The notes under the pieces were generated by a model. The model worked only from the letters and a program-made list of their open reading frames with translations. It was not told where the DNA came from and made no database searches. Shown one piece after another: positions 47,525 to 57,457 of a stretch of DNA of 64,000 nt; position 1 is the stretch's first letter; every line of letters starts with the position of its first letter. This DNA is from Thermoplasmata archaeon (lineage in GTDB: Archaea; Thermoplasmatota; Thermoplasmata; Sysuiplasmatales; Sysuiplasmataceae): assembly GCA_021806165.1 (NCBI GenBank), contig JAJZXY010000001.1:12836-76835 (forward strand), given 5' to 3'. Position numbers and translations under genes: made by a program.

Positions 47525-48548
47525 CGCCGTACTGCGTCAGCACCACTCCATCCCCCTTTTCCACATGGCCGATGACACCTGCCCTGAGACCGCTGTCTTC
47601 GAGCGTCCTGGCTGCATCATCCCCATCCCCCCTGGCTGCCACCATTATGAAACCAGTCCCCATATTGAACGTCTGGAACATCTCGGCGCTCTCCACTCCC
47701 CCGAGGTCTGAGAGGAAGCCGAAGATCTTTGGAACTGTCGGCAGAGAGTCGATAGAGAACCTAACACCCCTCTTGAGCCTGAGTATGTTCCTGAAGCCTC
47801 CTCCGGTTATGTTTGCCATGCCGCGTATCCTGTGCCTCTTCAGCGCCTTCAGCACAGGCCTGACATAGATCTGCGTGGGTCTGAGCAGCTCCCTGCCAAG
47901 TGTCGTCCCGCCGAACCTCTCCCCTGTCGATGTGCCTGTCTCCCTGAGCAGCTTCCTTACCAGTGTGAATCCGTTAGAATGCAGGCCGCTGCTCGCAACC
48001 CCTATGATTTCATCTCCCGGCATGATGCCCCTGCCTGTGACAAGGCTCTTCCTGTCAACAGCGCCGAGGCAGCTGGCGGAAATGTCAATCTCCTTCACCA
48101 TGTCCACCAGCACCGCAACCTCCCCCCCGACGATCTCTGCCCCCGCCGCCGAAGCTCCCGCATTGAGCCCCCTGCCTATGCTGGATGCGATGGAAGTATC
48201 GGGTGCCGGGAGCGCGATGTAGTCAACGAGGGCCAGAGGCTCTGCCCCGACGCATATGGTATCATTGGCGTTCATCGCCACGCAGTCGATGCCGACTGTA
48301 TCCCATATTCCCATTTCCCTTGCAAGCTGCAGCTTAGATCCAACGCCGTCCGTTCCCAGGGTCAGGTACATGTTTCCGAACGGCACCGCGGACGTAAAGT
48401 GGCCGGAGCCGACGGGTGATTTTCCGCCCCTCCTCCTGTATTTCAGCTCGGACACAAGCAGCTCTATGAATCTCGACTTGAGGTCAATGTCAACACCGGA
48501 ATCCCTGTAGGTGATGCCGCTCATCGGACTGTTATCAACTCCTGTCAA
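47505..48548 (-). CDS. purM: phosphoribosylformylglycinamidine cyclo-ligase (AIR synthase, PurM)
   Basis: ITYRDSGVDID...GHFTS...GTDGVGSKLQLA...VGIDCVAMNANDTICVGAEPLALVDYIAL are PurM-family signatures. Confidence 0.8.
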   Translation of the reverse strand: MTGVDNSPMSGITYRDSGVDIDLKSRFIELLVSELKYRRRGGKSPVGSGHFTSAVPFGNMYLTLGTDGVGSKLQLAREMGIWDTVGIDCVAMNANDTICVGAEPLALVDYIALPAPDTSIASSIGRGLNAGASAAGAEIVGGEVAVLVDMVKEIDISASCLGAVDRKSLVTGRGIMPGDEIIGVASSGLHSNGFTLVRKLLRETGTSTGERFGGTTLGRELLRPTQIYVRPVLKALKRHRIRGMANITGGGFRNILRLKRGVRFSIDSLPTVPKIFGFLSDLGGVESAEMFQTFNMGTGFIMVAARGDGDDAARTLEDSGLRAGVIGHVEKGDGVVLTQYGVEYDRY

Positions 48549-48564
48549 TAAACCCTTTCACAGC

Positions 48565-49173
48565 TCACGGGTAGGGTATGAGACCGTTCATCGAGAATTC
48601 CTTCCTTAGTCTGTCGGCCGAGGTGAACAGAATCGACTGTATCCCCCTCTCGCCTGCCGCCCTGACGTTATCCCTCCTGTCATCCACGAAAAGTGTGTCA
48701 CTGGCTGGCACGCCCGCCCTCTTCAGCGCTATGTCAAAGAAGGCCGGGTCGGGCTTGGCGACCGAATAGGCGTACGAGAGGACCGCATCGTCGAAGAGTG
48801 CGTCCATCCCCCTCCTGCCTGAAATGATGTTCCAGGTGTATTCCGGCATGTTGCTCAGGGCTATGATGCGGATTCCGTTCCTCCTCCTCACATCTGAGAG
48901 GAGGGAGCAGACATCCTCCCTGAGCATCAGGCTTGTCTCGTGCATGGACTCGAAATCACCGAATGAGAGGGGGATCTGCAGGGATGCGATGACATTGGCA
49001 TGGAAGCGCCTGAAGTCATTCCTTCCGAGATCCAGGTCCACCGCCTCCTCTGTCAGCACGGAGAGCGAGCGCTTCTCCGGCACACCGAACCTCTTCTTCA
49101 GCGCTGCAGCCATCACCCTGTAGGGGTTGTCACAGCAGACACCCCCGATGTCGGCGAAAATCACCCTCTTCAT
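48565..49173 (-). CDS. HAD-superfamily hydrolase
   Basis: Motif I is FADIGGV, motif II is IIALSN, and a lysine plus DD motif III (LFVDDRRDN) are present. Confidence 0.6.
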   Translation of the reverse strand: MKRVIFADIGGVCCDNPYRVMAAALKKRFGVPEKRSLSVLTEEAVDLDLGRNDFRRFHANVIASLQIPLSFGDFESMHETSLMLREDVCSLLSDVRRRNGIRIIALSNMPEYTWNIISGRRGMDALFDDAVLSYAYSVAKPDPAFFDIALKRAGVPASDTLFVDDRRDNVRAAGERGIQSILFTSADRLRKEFSMNGLIPYP

Positions 49174-49321
49174 CTATTCAGCTCCGGGCACTCCTGAAAT
49201 TCAAGATTGATTGCACAGATATTACCTTCATCTTTCGCTTATAAGCCGGTTTGCAGCATTTTCCTCAAAGCGATATTCAACCGGGAAGCTTGAAATATTT
49301 TCCTACTGGCTTTTTGATTCC

Positions 49322-49810
49322 ATGGCAAATGCCCACCGGATTCTCAGCGACCTGTACAGGGGGGAATCCGAGACGCTCAACGGCTTTGCCGCCGGCCTCT
49401 CCCTTCTTGCCCTTTCAATCACTGTTTCATTCGTGCCTGTGTCAAAGCTGCCTCCCGTCCCCTTCCTGCAGCTGCTCCTTGGCAACTATGCCCTGATGGT
49501 CGCATCTGGGATGTCAGCAGGATGCATACTGCTCGTCCGTTCCACGCTCTCATACTCCGGGGAGAGGATGCACCCCATGATGCTATTCGCCCTCGCAGCA
49601 CTCGCGTCCGCTGCTGCATCGTATGCGGCGGCAGGTTACGCAGCCGGTTACTACAGCGGCGCTGTCAGCGCCTCCCCGCTCAACCCCTCGGTAATGCTTG
49701 CCATAGCCCTTTCCGGCGCCTCCATCTTCGTGATGGCGCACACTGCAAGGGTGCTGTTTATCCACAGGTTCTCCTCTCCTGCGCCTGCAGCAGCGGAGCA
49801 GAGAAGCTGA
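49322..49810 (+). CDS. hypothetical membrane protein (about 5 TM)
   Basis: It is an Ala/Ser-rich polytopic membrane ORF. The start was chosen at MANAHRIL inside the longer track ORF 49211..49810. Confidence 0.3.
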   Translation: MANAHRILSDLYRGESETLNGFAAGLSLLALSITVSFVPVSKLPPVPFLQLLLGNYALMVASGMSAGCILLVRSTLSYSGERMHPMMLFALAALASAAASYAAAGYAAGYYSGAVSASPLNPSVMLAIALSGASIFVMAHTARVLFIHRFSSPAPAAAEQRS

Positions 49811-49861
49811 GCGGGCCGACAGCTTTATTCTGCATGCATCCAGTCCGGTACCCGGGACATT

Positions 49862-50467
49862 TTGACAAAACGATGGATGAAGGAGAGGAAGAACGACAGG
49901 TACTATGTCAAGGCAAAGCGCGAACACTACAGGAGCAGGGCCGCATACAAGCTCCTCCAGCTCCAGGAGAAATTCGGCATACTGTTCGCGGGCATGAGAT
50001 GTGTTGATCTCGGTGCAGCCCCGGGCGGTTGGCTGCAGGTTGAACAGGAGATCGCAGGACCCGGGGGAAGGGTGCTTGGCATAGACCTGGCGACCATAAG
50101 ACCGGTAGAGGGCGTTACACTCCTGAAGGGGGATGTGACCTCGCCCGCAACAGCTGCGAAGTTGCTGGATGCGGCTGGAGGGAAGGTGGATGTGCTGCTC
50201 TCAGACATGTCACCCGACATAAGCGGCAACTACTCTCTCGACCATGCCAGATCCGTTGACCTTGTCAGGACCGCCCTCGCTCTTGCCCGGCTGCTCCTGA
50301 AGGAAGGGGGCAGCATGGCCGTCAAGCTCTTCGACGGCGAGCTGACGCACGAACTGCTGGAGGATATGAAGCGCTCCTTCGGGAGCGTGAGGGTTTCGAA
50401 GCCCGAGGCCAGCCGGAAGCAGAGCTCCGAGATCTACATAGTGGCCGGGGATTTTTTCAGCCGCTGA
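49862..50467 (+). CDS. rlmE: 23S rRNA (uridine-2'-O)-methyltransferase RlmE/FtsJ (RrmJ)
   Basis: YRSRAAYKLLQLQEKFGI...VDLGAAPGGWLQV...VLSDMSP match the FtsJ family. Confidence 0.9.
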   Translation: MTKRWMKERKNDRYYVKAKREHYRSRAAYKLLQLQEKFGILFAGMRCVDLGAAPGGWLQVEQEIAGPGGRVLGIDLATIRPVEGVTLLKGDVTSPATAAKLLDAAGGKVDVLLSDMSPDISGNYSLDHARSVDLVRTALALARLLLKEGGSMAVKLFDGELTHELLEDMKRSFGSVRVSKPEASRKQSSEIYIVAGDFFSR

Positions 50468-50749
50468 GGCACAGCCCGAAAGCGGCTTCCCCTGCGGCAG
50501 CCGCAAACCCCATGCCGAACTGCGTAAGCCTGCCGGGTCTGTCAAAATCCAAGCAGGTGCGGTCGCTCCTTTCGGCTATGCGCAGGTAGCCGCGCGCCCT
50601 TTCTACATCCGCACCCGGTCCCGGCGAGGCAATGGCATCCCTTGCACGGTCAGTCAGCCTCCACATACTGTTCTTCGCCTCGCTCCCCTCCCAGGTTGGG
50701 AACGAATGGTCATGCGCCCAGCTCGTCTCGCATATGTGCCCAGCCGCCC

Positions 50750-51626
50750 GCTCTAAACCACGCGGGAGGCTTCGCCGAGCGTGGCGGTCCTCAGCCCCGA
50801 GCTTCCAGCGAGCGGGCGGCAGAGTGCCGATAGGTGGTCCGCACCGTTCATCCAGTTTTCGCCGTCAGGCGCGATAACCACGCAGCGGAGCCCCCTCCTG
50901 TCCGCCAGCATTGACAGCATCTCCCTTTCCATGACCCGGGCTTCTCCATGGGCGGGGAGAGTGAAAATGCATTTGAAATCCAATTGTCCCTGAATAACAG
51001 GAGCGGCCCTCCCCGAAGCTTGAATGGCATGCCTCCGCCCTCCCCCGCGGAGAGCGCACTTCCGTCAAGGACGGTGTAACTGAACCAGGCCTTTCCGGCC
51101 GCGGCGGCTGCATCGGACGAGAATGCGTACTCGGGGGACCACAATTCAGCCACATTCCTTCCGCCGTAGCCAGCTGTCTCCTCCATCCCTGCCTTCAGCT
51201 GCCGGGCCAGGTCGTCAGCAAGACCATGCCTGGCTAGAAGGGGCATTATGCGATGATAGTGAAGCTGGGAAATTATCCCGATGTTGCAGCCGTTGTCTCC
51301 CTGTATCCCCTGAGCAGGCGGGAGCTGTTTTCCGCCTGCTCATCCACATCCACATTCTCAATCCCGGGCCCAACGGAATACCCGCGTGGGGCTGCGACCT
51401 GCCAATGCCTGAGGAGCGTCGGGCTCAGGTTGTAATTGGCTCTGTAGTGCACATTACTCGTTATGGTGTCGAGATGCCTCTTGTAGTTGCGGGCATTGTC
51501 GAAAAGCGAGCTGAACTGGAAGCATCCGTCCCTGTCGATATACCATGGCTGGTGGTGATGGAACACCACCGAGACGAGCATCCCGTCCATTTTATCCGCC
51601 GGTATAAAAAAATTCAGGAAGTACAT
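50750..51626 (-). pseudogene. glycoside hydrolase family 57 gene broken by frameshifts
   Basis: The N-terminal 117 aa (LVSVVFHHHQPWYIDRDG...ANYNLSPTLL) are in one frame. The nucleophile-region piece (NVAELWSPEYAFS...FSYTVLDG) is in a second frame starting before 51246. Further fragments lie in a third frame (50753..50983). The 3' boundary is uncertain. Confidence 0.5.
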
Positions 51627-51654
51627 AGCGTTTGGTCAGCAGATGCGCAAACAG

Positions 51655-52140
51655 TCACTCAGCCCCGCCACGCATGGCGTAAAGCCTCCTCCTGATTTCG
51701 TCGAGGTCCGGCAGGTTCGCTGCAGACTCGGTGGACCAGACATACCTGATCCTCCTTTCCCTGTCCACAATGAACACCGATCTCTTTGCCGCACCCTTCA
51801 GGCCGAGGAAGTCGTCGTATGCCACCCCGTACAGCCTCGCCACGCTGTGGTCGTAGTCGGAGAGGAGGTCAAATGTTATCCTGTTGGCCTTCCTGAATGC
51901 CTCGTGGGTGAAGTGGCTGTCGCCGCTAATCCCAACGACCCGGGCATCAAGCTGGCCGAATTCGCTCAAGCCGTCCCTGAACATGCAGAGCTCGTTGGTG
52001 CAGACCGACGAGAAGTCCCCGGGGTAGAAAGCCAGTACAACGGTGCCGCCGGCCGTCAGCTCGTCGAGTGAAACAAAGCTGTCCCTGGATCTCGGCAGGC
52101 TGAAACCGGGCGCGATGTCTCCCTCCCTAAGGGGTGTCAT
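51655..52140 (-). CDS. peroxiredoxin (Bcp/AhpC-TSA family)
   Basis: VVLAFYPGDFSSVCTNE contains the peroxidatic Cys motif. The start is set at MTPLREGDIAPGF. Confidence 0.8.
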   Translation of the reverse strand: MTPLREGDIAPGFSLPRSRDSFVSLDELTAGGTVVLAFYPGDFSSVCTNELCMFRDGLSEFGQLDARVVGISGDSHFTHEAFRKANRITFDLLSDYDHSVARLYGVAYDDFLGLKGAAKRSVFIVDRERRIRYVWSTESAANLPDLDEIRRRLYAMRGGAE

Positions 52141-52193
52141 CTGTTGCATCCGGCCCATCAATCCCCGTATGTTAGTTAAGGATTGTTCTGCGC

Positions 52194-53153
52194 TCACTGC
52201 CTGCCGCTCTGTGCCGACTTCAGTGCTGTCACAGTCTTCATCACGGTGCGCAGCATCTCGCTGCGCACAGGCTCCTCGTACTGCGACTCGGACTGGATGT
52301 CTATGCTTATCACATAACCGGAGGCCGTTGTTTCGGAGACGAGCACCACGGGCTCGGTCCCGGGCATGACTTCCTTCAGCCTGGCTATATCCCTGACGAC
52401 AGCATCTATCACGACGGCCGGGTCCAGACTCCTGTCAACCTCGTACTTGGCCCTGACCTTCATCCTCCCTCTTCTCGAATTTACGAGTATGAGCGCCTGG
52501 ATGAATATGCCGGCTGGAACCTTGATCAGCCTTCCATCGTCCATAACCATGTCCACGTAGAGGAAGCCGACGTAGTCGACCGTGCCTGTGAAGCCGCTGA
52601 CAAGGAAGTCGCTGGAATAGAACTTGGGCGGGTAGGAAGGGGCAAGCACGCCGAACTGCCACGTTGAGAATGTGATGCGCTCCCCTGCAGACACGGGCCT
52701 TGCGAGCACAAGGACAAGCCCGGCGAAGAAGTTGGCCAGCACCGTCTGCGATGCGAGCCCGAGCACAATGGCCGTGAAGGCGCTTCCGACGATGAGTCCC
52801 TGGAGGTCAAGGTGGAGTGTTCCGAAGACAGCGAAGGCCAGGACCAGGTAGGCAATCAGCGTAAACGAGTATTTTATCGGCACTGCCTTGGCCATGCCTA
52901 TCCTCGGCACCAGCACATCCATTATCACCCGTCCAAGCAGGGTGATGAGTGCATATCCTGCTGCAAGCACCACGACGGCGACTATGGTGGACTGGTAGCT
53001 GACAAGCTGAGTCGAGTACTGCTTCAGTATGAAATCATTGAGAATCAGGTTGAAGGCGTAGAGCAGCGCAGCAACGACAAGCACCATGAGCGCCACACCC
53101 CCAAGAGTGTGCCTCCTCCCTCCGCGAGCAGATCCATCGTCCGCCATGTCCAT
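52194..53153 (-). CDS. mechanosensitive ion channel (MscS family)
   Basis: Three N-terminal TM helices are followed by the MscS beta-domain (GERITFSTWQFGVL..., VDYVGFLYVDMVMDDGRLIKVPAG). Confidence 0.8.
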   Translation of the reverse strand: MDMADDGSARGGRRHTLGGVALMVLVVAALLYAFNLILNDFILKQYSTQLVSYQSTIVAVVVLAAGYALITLLGRVIMDVLVPRIGMAKAVPIKYSFTLIAYLVLAFAVFGTLHLDLQGLIVGSAFTAIVLGLASQTVLANFFAGLVLVLARPVSAGERITFSTWQFGVLAPSYPPKFYSSDFLVSGFTGTVDYVGFLYVDMVMDDGRLIKVPAGIFIQALILVNSRRGRMKVRAKYEVDRSLDPAVVIDAVVRDIARLKEVMPGTEPVVLVSETTASGYVISIDIQSESQYEEPVRSEMLRTVMKTVTALKSAQSGRQ

Positions 53154-53244
53154 CCCACGAAGTCAAACATTACCGCAACTTATCCTTTCCCCTCGCTCCC
53201 CCCTCAGTCTGCAATGCAAACATTTAAGGGAGCATGCTGCTCTC

Positions 53245-53523
53245 ATGCGGAAAGCAAGGGTGTTGGATTTGCCGTCTGAGAAGGAAACCCAGTTCGAGAG
53301 GCTTTGGGAGGGCGAAACCCCCTCCGGGAAGAACGAGTCAAAGGCGCTGCAGTTCAGGCAGAAGATGACCATGGCGCTCATACAGAAGAAGGCTCAGGTC
53401 ACCAAGGAGAATGCAAAGGCCTACTGGATGGGGACACTCCGTTCACTCGCCGAACCGGCACAACCCGAGGGCGGGGATTACAGGTCAAGGGGGCCAGACC
53501 GCCAGGGCGGAAGAAGAAGGTAG
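53245..53523 (+). CDS. hypothetical small basic protein
   Basis: The ORF MRKARVLDLPSEKETQFERLWEG...KKAQVTKENAKAYW was not recognised. The upstream part of the track ORF is antisense to MscS. Confidence 0.25.
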   Translation: MRKARVLDLPSEKETQFERLWEGETPSGKNESKALQFRQKMTMALIQKKAQVTKENAKAYWMGTLRSLAEPAQPEGGDYRSRGPDRQGGRRR

Positions 53524-53610
53524 GCGGCCAGCGTACCGATCCGCACCGTGGATAATACGACTGATCACTTTTTATAAGCGGCGCGTCGTTGTTATCCGAA
53601 GAGTGGCAAG

Positions 53611-53730
53611 TTGACTGAAAAGGAAAGACTCAGGATGCGTTATCTCCTGAAATCTGTTCTGAACGTGGACATACAGGCTATTGCCGACAGGACTGTCAGG
53701 GACATGGACTACCAGGTCCTTTACTACTGA
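53611..53730 (+). CDS. possible small ORF (about 39 aa)
   Basis: (L)TEKERLRMRYLLKSVLNVDIQAIADRTVRDMDYQVLYY sits in a 230-bp gap with a TTG or internal ATG start. Support is weak. Confidence 0.15.
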   Translation: MTEKERLRMRYLLKSVLNVDIQAIADRTVRDMDYQVLYY

Positions 53731-53773
53731 GCCCATATCCCTCTAAATGGTTTGCCGGGGATTCCCCCCGGAT

Positions 53774-54232
53774 TCAGGCATGCGCCGGAGCCGCCTTCAG
53801 CTGCACGAACTTTGTCGTGTAGAAGCGGAGGTGCAGAAGCGCGACGCCGTGCGCACCGTCATGCCCCGCTATTATCACGTAGTTTCCGTTCTGAAGGTTG
53901 AAGTACGCTGCGCCGTTGGAGCCCGTAACTGCTTTCGCCACCGGTGTCAGCGTTATTGTTATGTTTCCGCCGGCATCCGTCGTGTGCGAAATGCTGTACA
54001 CTGTGACGTTCGCATCCTGCACCGCGATCCTGTGCCCGTTGACCTGGGCCCATACGACAACCTCGAGATATTCTCCGTTGATCTGCCCCTGAGTCACAGA
54101 CGGAGACGCGCCCGGTGCAGCCGCTTCAACCATGCTGACAGCTGCGATGCCGCCGATCGCAAGCAGTGCGATCAGGGATATCGCAAGCAGCTTCTTCCTG
54201 CCCGACTTGTTGCTCTTCTGTGGTGTTTCCAT
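53774..54232 (-). CDS. secreted/membrane-anchored hypothetical protein (beta-sandwich-like)
   Basis: The start was chosen at METPQKSNKSGRKKLLAISLIALLAIGGIAAVSMVEA (a signal/anchor). The remainder is beta-rich with two sequons. Confidence 0.35.
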   Translation of the reverse strand: METPQKSNKSGRKKLLAISLIALLAIGGIAAVSMVEAAAPGASPSVTQGQINGEYLEVVVWAQVNGHRIAVQDANVTVYSISHTTDAGGNITITLTPVAKAVTGSNGAAYFNLQNGNYVIIAGHDGAHGVALLHLRFYTTKFVQLKAAPAHA

Positions 54233-54349
54233 TTCTGTCCACCTGCACCACCGATTGACCACCTTTAATATATCGAAAAGGAATGTGCGGTCTGTACGAA
54301 TCGTACGTAAAAAGGGATAGGATCCCGCTGGTTTCATGCAGCTGGTAAC

Positions 54350-54979
54350 ATGTTAGACTCTTTCGACGTTCTGCAGGCGGTTCTTTCCGCAGTGACTCTC
54401 ATGGTGGCGGCGATGGTATCTTACAGGGCATTCAGGGGATACTCGGTTGCGAAAAACCTCAACCTGCTCCTTCTTGCGTCAGGTTTCCTCCTGCTCTGCA
54501 TATACTTCCTATTCTCGGCCCTGGGTTCTCTCGGACAGGCCTCGAGGACCTTTCCGCCTGACAGGGTACTGGGACGCTACTTTGCCATCTACTTCATTCA
54601 GGTGCTCGCCTACATGCTCGTCATGCTTGCCTACGTGGTGAAGCCGAAGGCGGAGGAGATACTGCCTGCCACGGCGCTCGCGGTGCTCTCCTTCACATTC
54701 GAACTGTTCATTGTGCTGCTGCTCCTTGTCGTGGTCGTCAGCGTCTGGTCCGTCTACCGCAGGACTCCGACCTCTTCCACCGCGCTTGTACTGGCGAGCT
54801 TCATGGTACTGTTCATGGTGCACCTGGTGACCGCCCTGCTCCTGTTCGCTCCGCGCTTACTTGCCGCGGGCACAATCTACTACTCGGTAACGCAGATGAT
54901 TTCGTTCGCGCTCCTGTTCATGGCCATCGGAAGGCATGCTGGAAAATCCGAAATACGGGGGACGGCAGGCAGTGCCTGA
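54350..54979 (+). CDS. hypothetical integral membrane protein (6 TM)
   Basis: Six evenly spaced hydrophobic helices are present. No motif was recognised. Confidence 0.4.
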   Translation: MLDSFDVLQAVLSAVTLMVAAMVSYRAFRGYSVAKNLNLLLLASGFLLLCIYFLFSALGSLGQASRTFPPDRVLGRYFAIYFIQVLAYMLVMLAYVVKPKAEEILPATALAVLSFTFELFIVLLLLVVVVSVWSVYRRTPTSSTALVLASFMVLFMVHLVTALLLFAPRLLAAGTIYYSVTQMISFALLFMAIGRHAGKSEIRGTAGSA

Positions 54980-55253
54980 GACCTCATACAGGTCCAAGGC
55001 GCGGATCTTCGCCGACATCCTGAGGGCTGTCGCCGAGGAGAAGGAGACAAGGCCCACACATGTGCTCTACAAGGCGAACCTCTCGTATGACAGGATGACG
55101 AAGTACCTGTCGATGCTGGAGGAGAACGGCCTGGTAGAGAGGAACAGCGAGGGTGACAGGACATACTATACCATAACAGACAGGGGGCGCTACTTCCTCC
55201 AGGAGTTCAGGAGGGTTGAAGAATTCACAACAGCATTCGGACTGAGGCTTTAG
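54969..55253 (+). CDS. winged-helix transcriptional regulator (archaeal wHTH)
   Basis: RIFADILRAVAEEKETRPTHVLYKANLSYDRMTKYLSMLEENGLVER is a wHTH. A GTG start overlapping the upstream stop is assumed; the track gives 54936. Confidence 0.5.
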   Translation, partial: AVPETSYRSKARIFADILRAVAEEKETRPTHVLYKANLSYDRMTKYLSMLEENGLVERNSEGDRTYYTITDRGRYFLQEFRRVEEFTTAFGLRL

Positions 55254-55254
55254 C

Positions 55255-55482
55255 ATGAATTACCGCGTGGAACTGCGCCTGGAGCTCGGCCCTCAGGCCG
55301 GGGCTATACACTCGGCGGTGGAGATGGACAACGGCGTCTACATCAGCTCTGAGGTCAGGGGGGAGGTGGTGACCGCCCAGGCAGAATCGGCCACTCTTCC
55401 CGGCCTGCTGAGGACGGTTGACGACTTCATTTCATGCCTTCAGGTTGCTGAGAGGACAGTGAGGAGTTCCTCCCCTCCCTGA
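55255..55482 (+). CDS. KEOPS complex subunit Pcc1-like protein
   Basis: It is 75 aa, and MNYRVELRLELGPQAGAIHSAVEMDNG...LPGLLRTVDDFISCLQVAERTV has the Pcc1/CTAG-family spacing. Its 3' end overlaps the convergent tgtA by about 55 nt. Confidence 0.4.
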   Translation: MNYRVELRLELGPQAGAIHSAVEMDNGVYISSEVRGEVVTAQAESATLPGLLRTVDDFISCLQVAERTVRSSSPP

Positions 55483-57370
55483 TATCCACCGCGACGCCCT
55501 TTCCGAACGAGAGCATTTCCTCCCTCCTCAGAAGCGCCCTTCCCACTGCAAGGAGCGTGTCGTTCCCGTCAACTACAATGCATTCATTACCGGGGAGTAT
55601 TCCGTCGTCCGCCTCCGCGACGAATCGTGTAAAGAGGCTCCTGCCGGACGAGACGAACGGCACTGCGTCCGGGAGGCACACAACCCTCATTGCAGGAGGG
55701 GGCAGTGCGCCGTGCAGTATCTCGCCGCCATGGAACTTGAGCGAGAAAAGGCCGTCCTCCGTCCTGAAGAAGAGTATCTGCCTTCCTTCCGAGGATATGC
55801 CCCTGAGCTTCCCTGTGTTCCGCGAGCGCGCATATTCCATCCTTCCGGCAAGGAGCGCACGCGCTGCGCCGGGACCGAACTGGTACTCGCACACCGCCCT
55901 GGCCTGATCCGCGCTGCTCTCCCTCGCCTGCTGCCTCCCGTTCCTCCTCCACTTCCCCTCCACCGTTCTCACAGCAGAGTAGCCGAACCTTGCAGCATAC
56001 TCTCCCGGTTTTTCAGCAGCGCGGACCGATGCGGAGTACGAAGACTGGGAGAGGGGGTAGGTTTCGGTGAGAGCAAGTGGGAAGATGCCAAGCGGAGTCA
56101 GGGAAGCAGCATCCTCATCGGGCGCGCGGGAGGTCGAATCGAAATGCGTGAAGTACTGTCTCTCGCCTGTTATGATGGCCACCTTGTCTCCGGAACCGGG
56201 TCTCACGGCGCCCGCCCTTTCGGCGAATCTTGATGCATCCGGCCTTGAAGCTGTAAGCGAGTCCACGAAGCCTATGCCCGACTTTCTGGACAGCGGCTCG
56301 AACCTTTCCAGATACCGCCTGTGGGAGAGCACCCTTGCAAACGCGTCAAACAGCTGGGGGTCTCCCCTGGCCCTTGACTCGACAAGATTCCAGAGGCTTC
56401 CATCGTGTATCGCCTGCCTGATCCTCGCAATTTCCGACGAGAGTGTGTAGAGATTGTGCTTCGCAAGGTTCAGCACTCGCTCATCCGCTTCCATTCCCCT
56501 GAGCTCATCTGCCGTTGCGGACGTGCAGACGGGGCAGGTGCACCAGCTGTGCCTTATTTCCGCGAGGTTGAAACTCCCCTCGGGAAACATCATCCTCCCG
56601 TCGTAGGCGTACTTGACGTAGGAGGCTGAATCGAAAATGTCGCATCCCAGCAGCACGGCCAGAGGCAGCATCTGCGGGTGACCTGCCCCAAACAGGTGCA
56701 CCGGCCTGCCGGGGGCAAGCCCCTTCTTTGAAGCCACAATGACATCCGCAAGCTCGCCGAACCTGTGCCCTTCCATCAGAGGGACGACGCCGCCGATAGA
56801 GAAGTAGTCGGCACCGGTCGAGCTAATCTCCCTGGCAGCCTGTTCGCGAAGGTCGGGGTAGATGCCGCCCTGCACCGTTGCGGCAATGAGGCTTCCGCCT
56901 CCTCCCGCAGACGCAGCCTTCGCGGCCCTGGCGCTGGTCGTGGCTACGGCCTCGGCCGCCTTCTCCCTGGTGAAGTCAGGCTCGGAGAATACGTCGAACA
57001 CTGTCGCGACATCGCTTCCTATGCTCTTCTGGAATGCGACAATACCTGCTGGGTCGACAGACACGTCGGAGTACACATGTGTCTGGAACGTTCCGCTGTC
57101 GGTCATCACCGGGCCGTCGTAACCCAGTATGCCGTGCACCCCCTCCCTGACGGCCCTTTCCCTGAGCCCCTCAGTCCTTGATATTATGTATGAATTTGTT
57201 ATGACCATCTGTGTCCCGAACAGCCTTCGCATTTCGGTTGCGCCGAGGAGCTTCCTGTTCGGGTTTATCACCGGAAGCAGCGCAGGCGTCTCAACCACAC
57301 CGTGCCCTGTTTCAAGCCTGCAAATGCGGGCAAGCCCGTCGCGTTCCAGAAGCTCAAAATCACCTTTCAT
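55427..57370 (-). CDS. tgtA: archaeosine tRNA-guanine transglycosylase (ArcTGT) with C-terminal PUA domain
   Basis: The TIM-barrel TGT N-terminus (ICRLETGHGVVETPALLPVINPN...ITNSY) has zinc Cys ligands (CTCPVC). The long C-terminal extension is typical of archaeal TgtA. Confidence 0.9.
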   Translation of the reverse strand: MKGDFELLERDGLARICRLETGHGVVETPALLPVINPNRKLLGATEMRRLFGTQMVITNSYIISRTEGLRERAVREGVHGILGYDGPVMTDSGTFQTHVYSDVSVDPAGIVAFQKSIGSDVATVFDVFSEPDFTREKAAEAVATTSARAAKAASAGGGGSLIAATVQGGIYPDLREQAAREISSTGADYFSIGGVVPLMEGHRFGELADVIVASKKGLAPGRPVHLFGAGHPQMLPLAVLLGCDIFDSASYVKYAYDGRMMFPEGSFNLAEIRHSWCTCPVCTSATADELRGMEADERVLNLAKHNLYTLSSEIARIRQAIHDGSLWNLVESRARGDPQLFDAFARVLSHRRYLERFEPLSRKSGIGFVDSLTASRPDASRFAERAGAVRPGSGDKVAIITGERQYFTHFDSTSRAPDEDAASLTPLGIFPLALTETYPLSQSSYSASVRAAEKPGEYAARFGYSAVRTVEGKWRRNGRQQARESSADQARAVCEYQFGPGAARALLAGRMEYARSRNTGKLRGISSEGRQILFFRTEDGLFSLKFHGGEILHGALPPPAMRVVCLPDAVPFVSSGRSLFTRFVAEADDGILPGNECIVVDGNDTLLAVGRALLRREEMLSFGKGVAVDIREGRNSSLSSQQPEGMK

Positions 57371-57457
57371 GGACGATATCCAGCAGGAGTGCGCAGATTT
57401 ATATTAAACGGTCAGCCATGGCAAGTGAATTAAGCGATAAGTGCGTAGGGAATTGAC

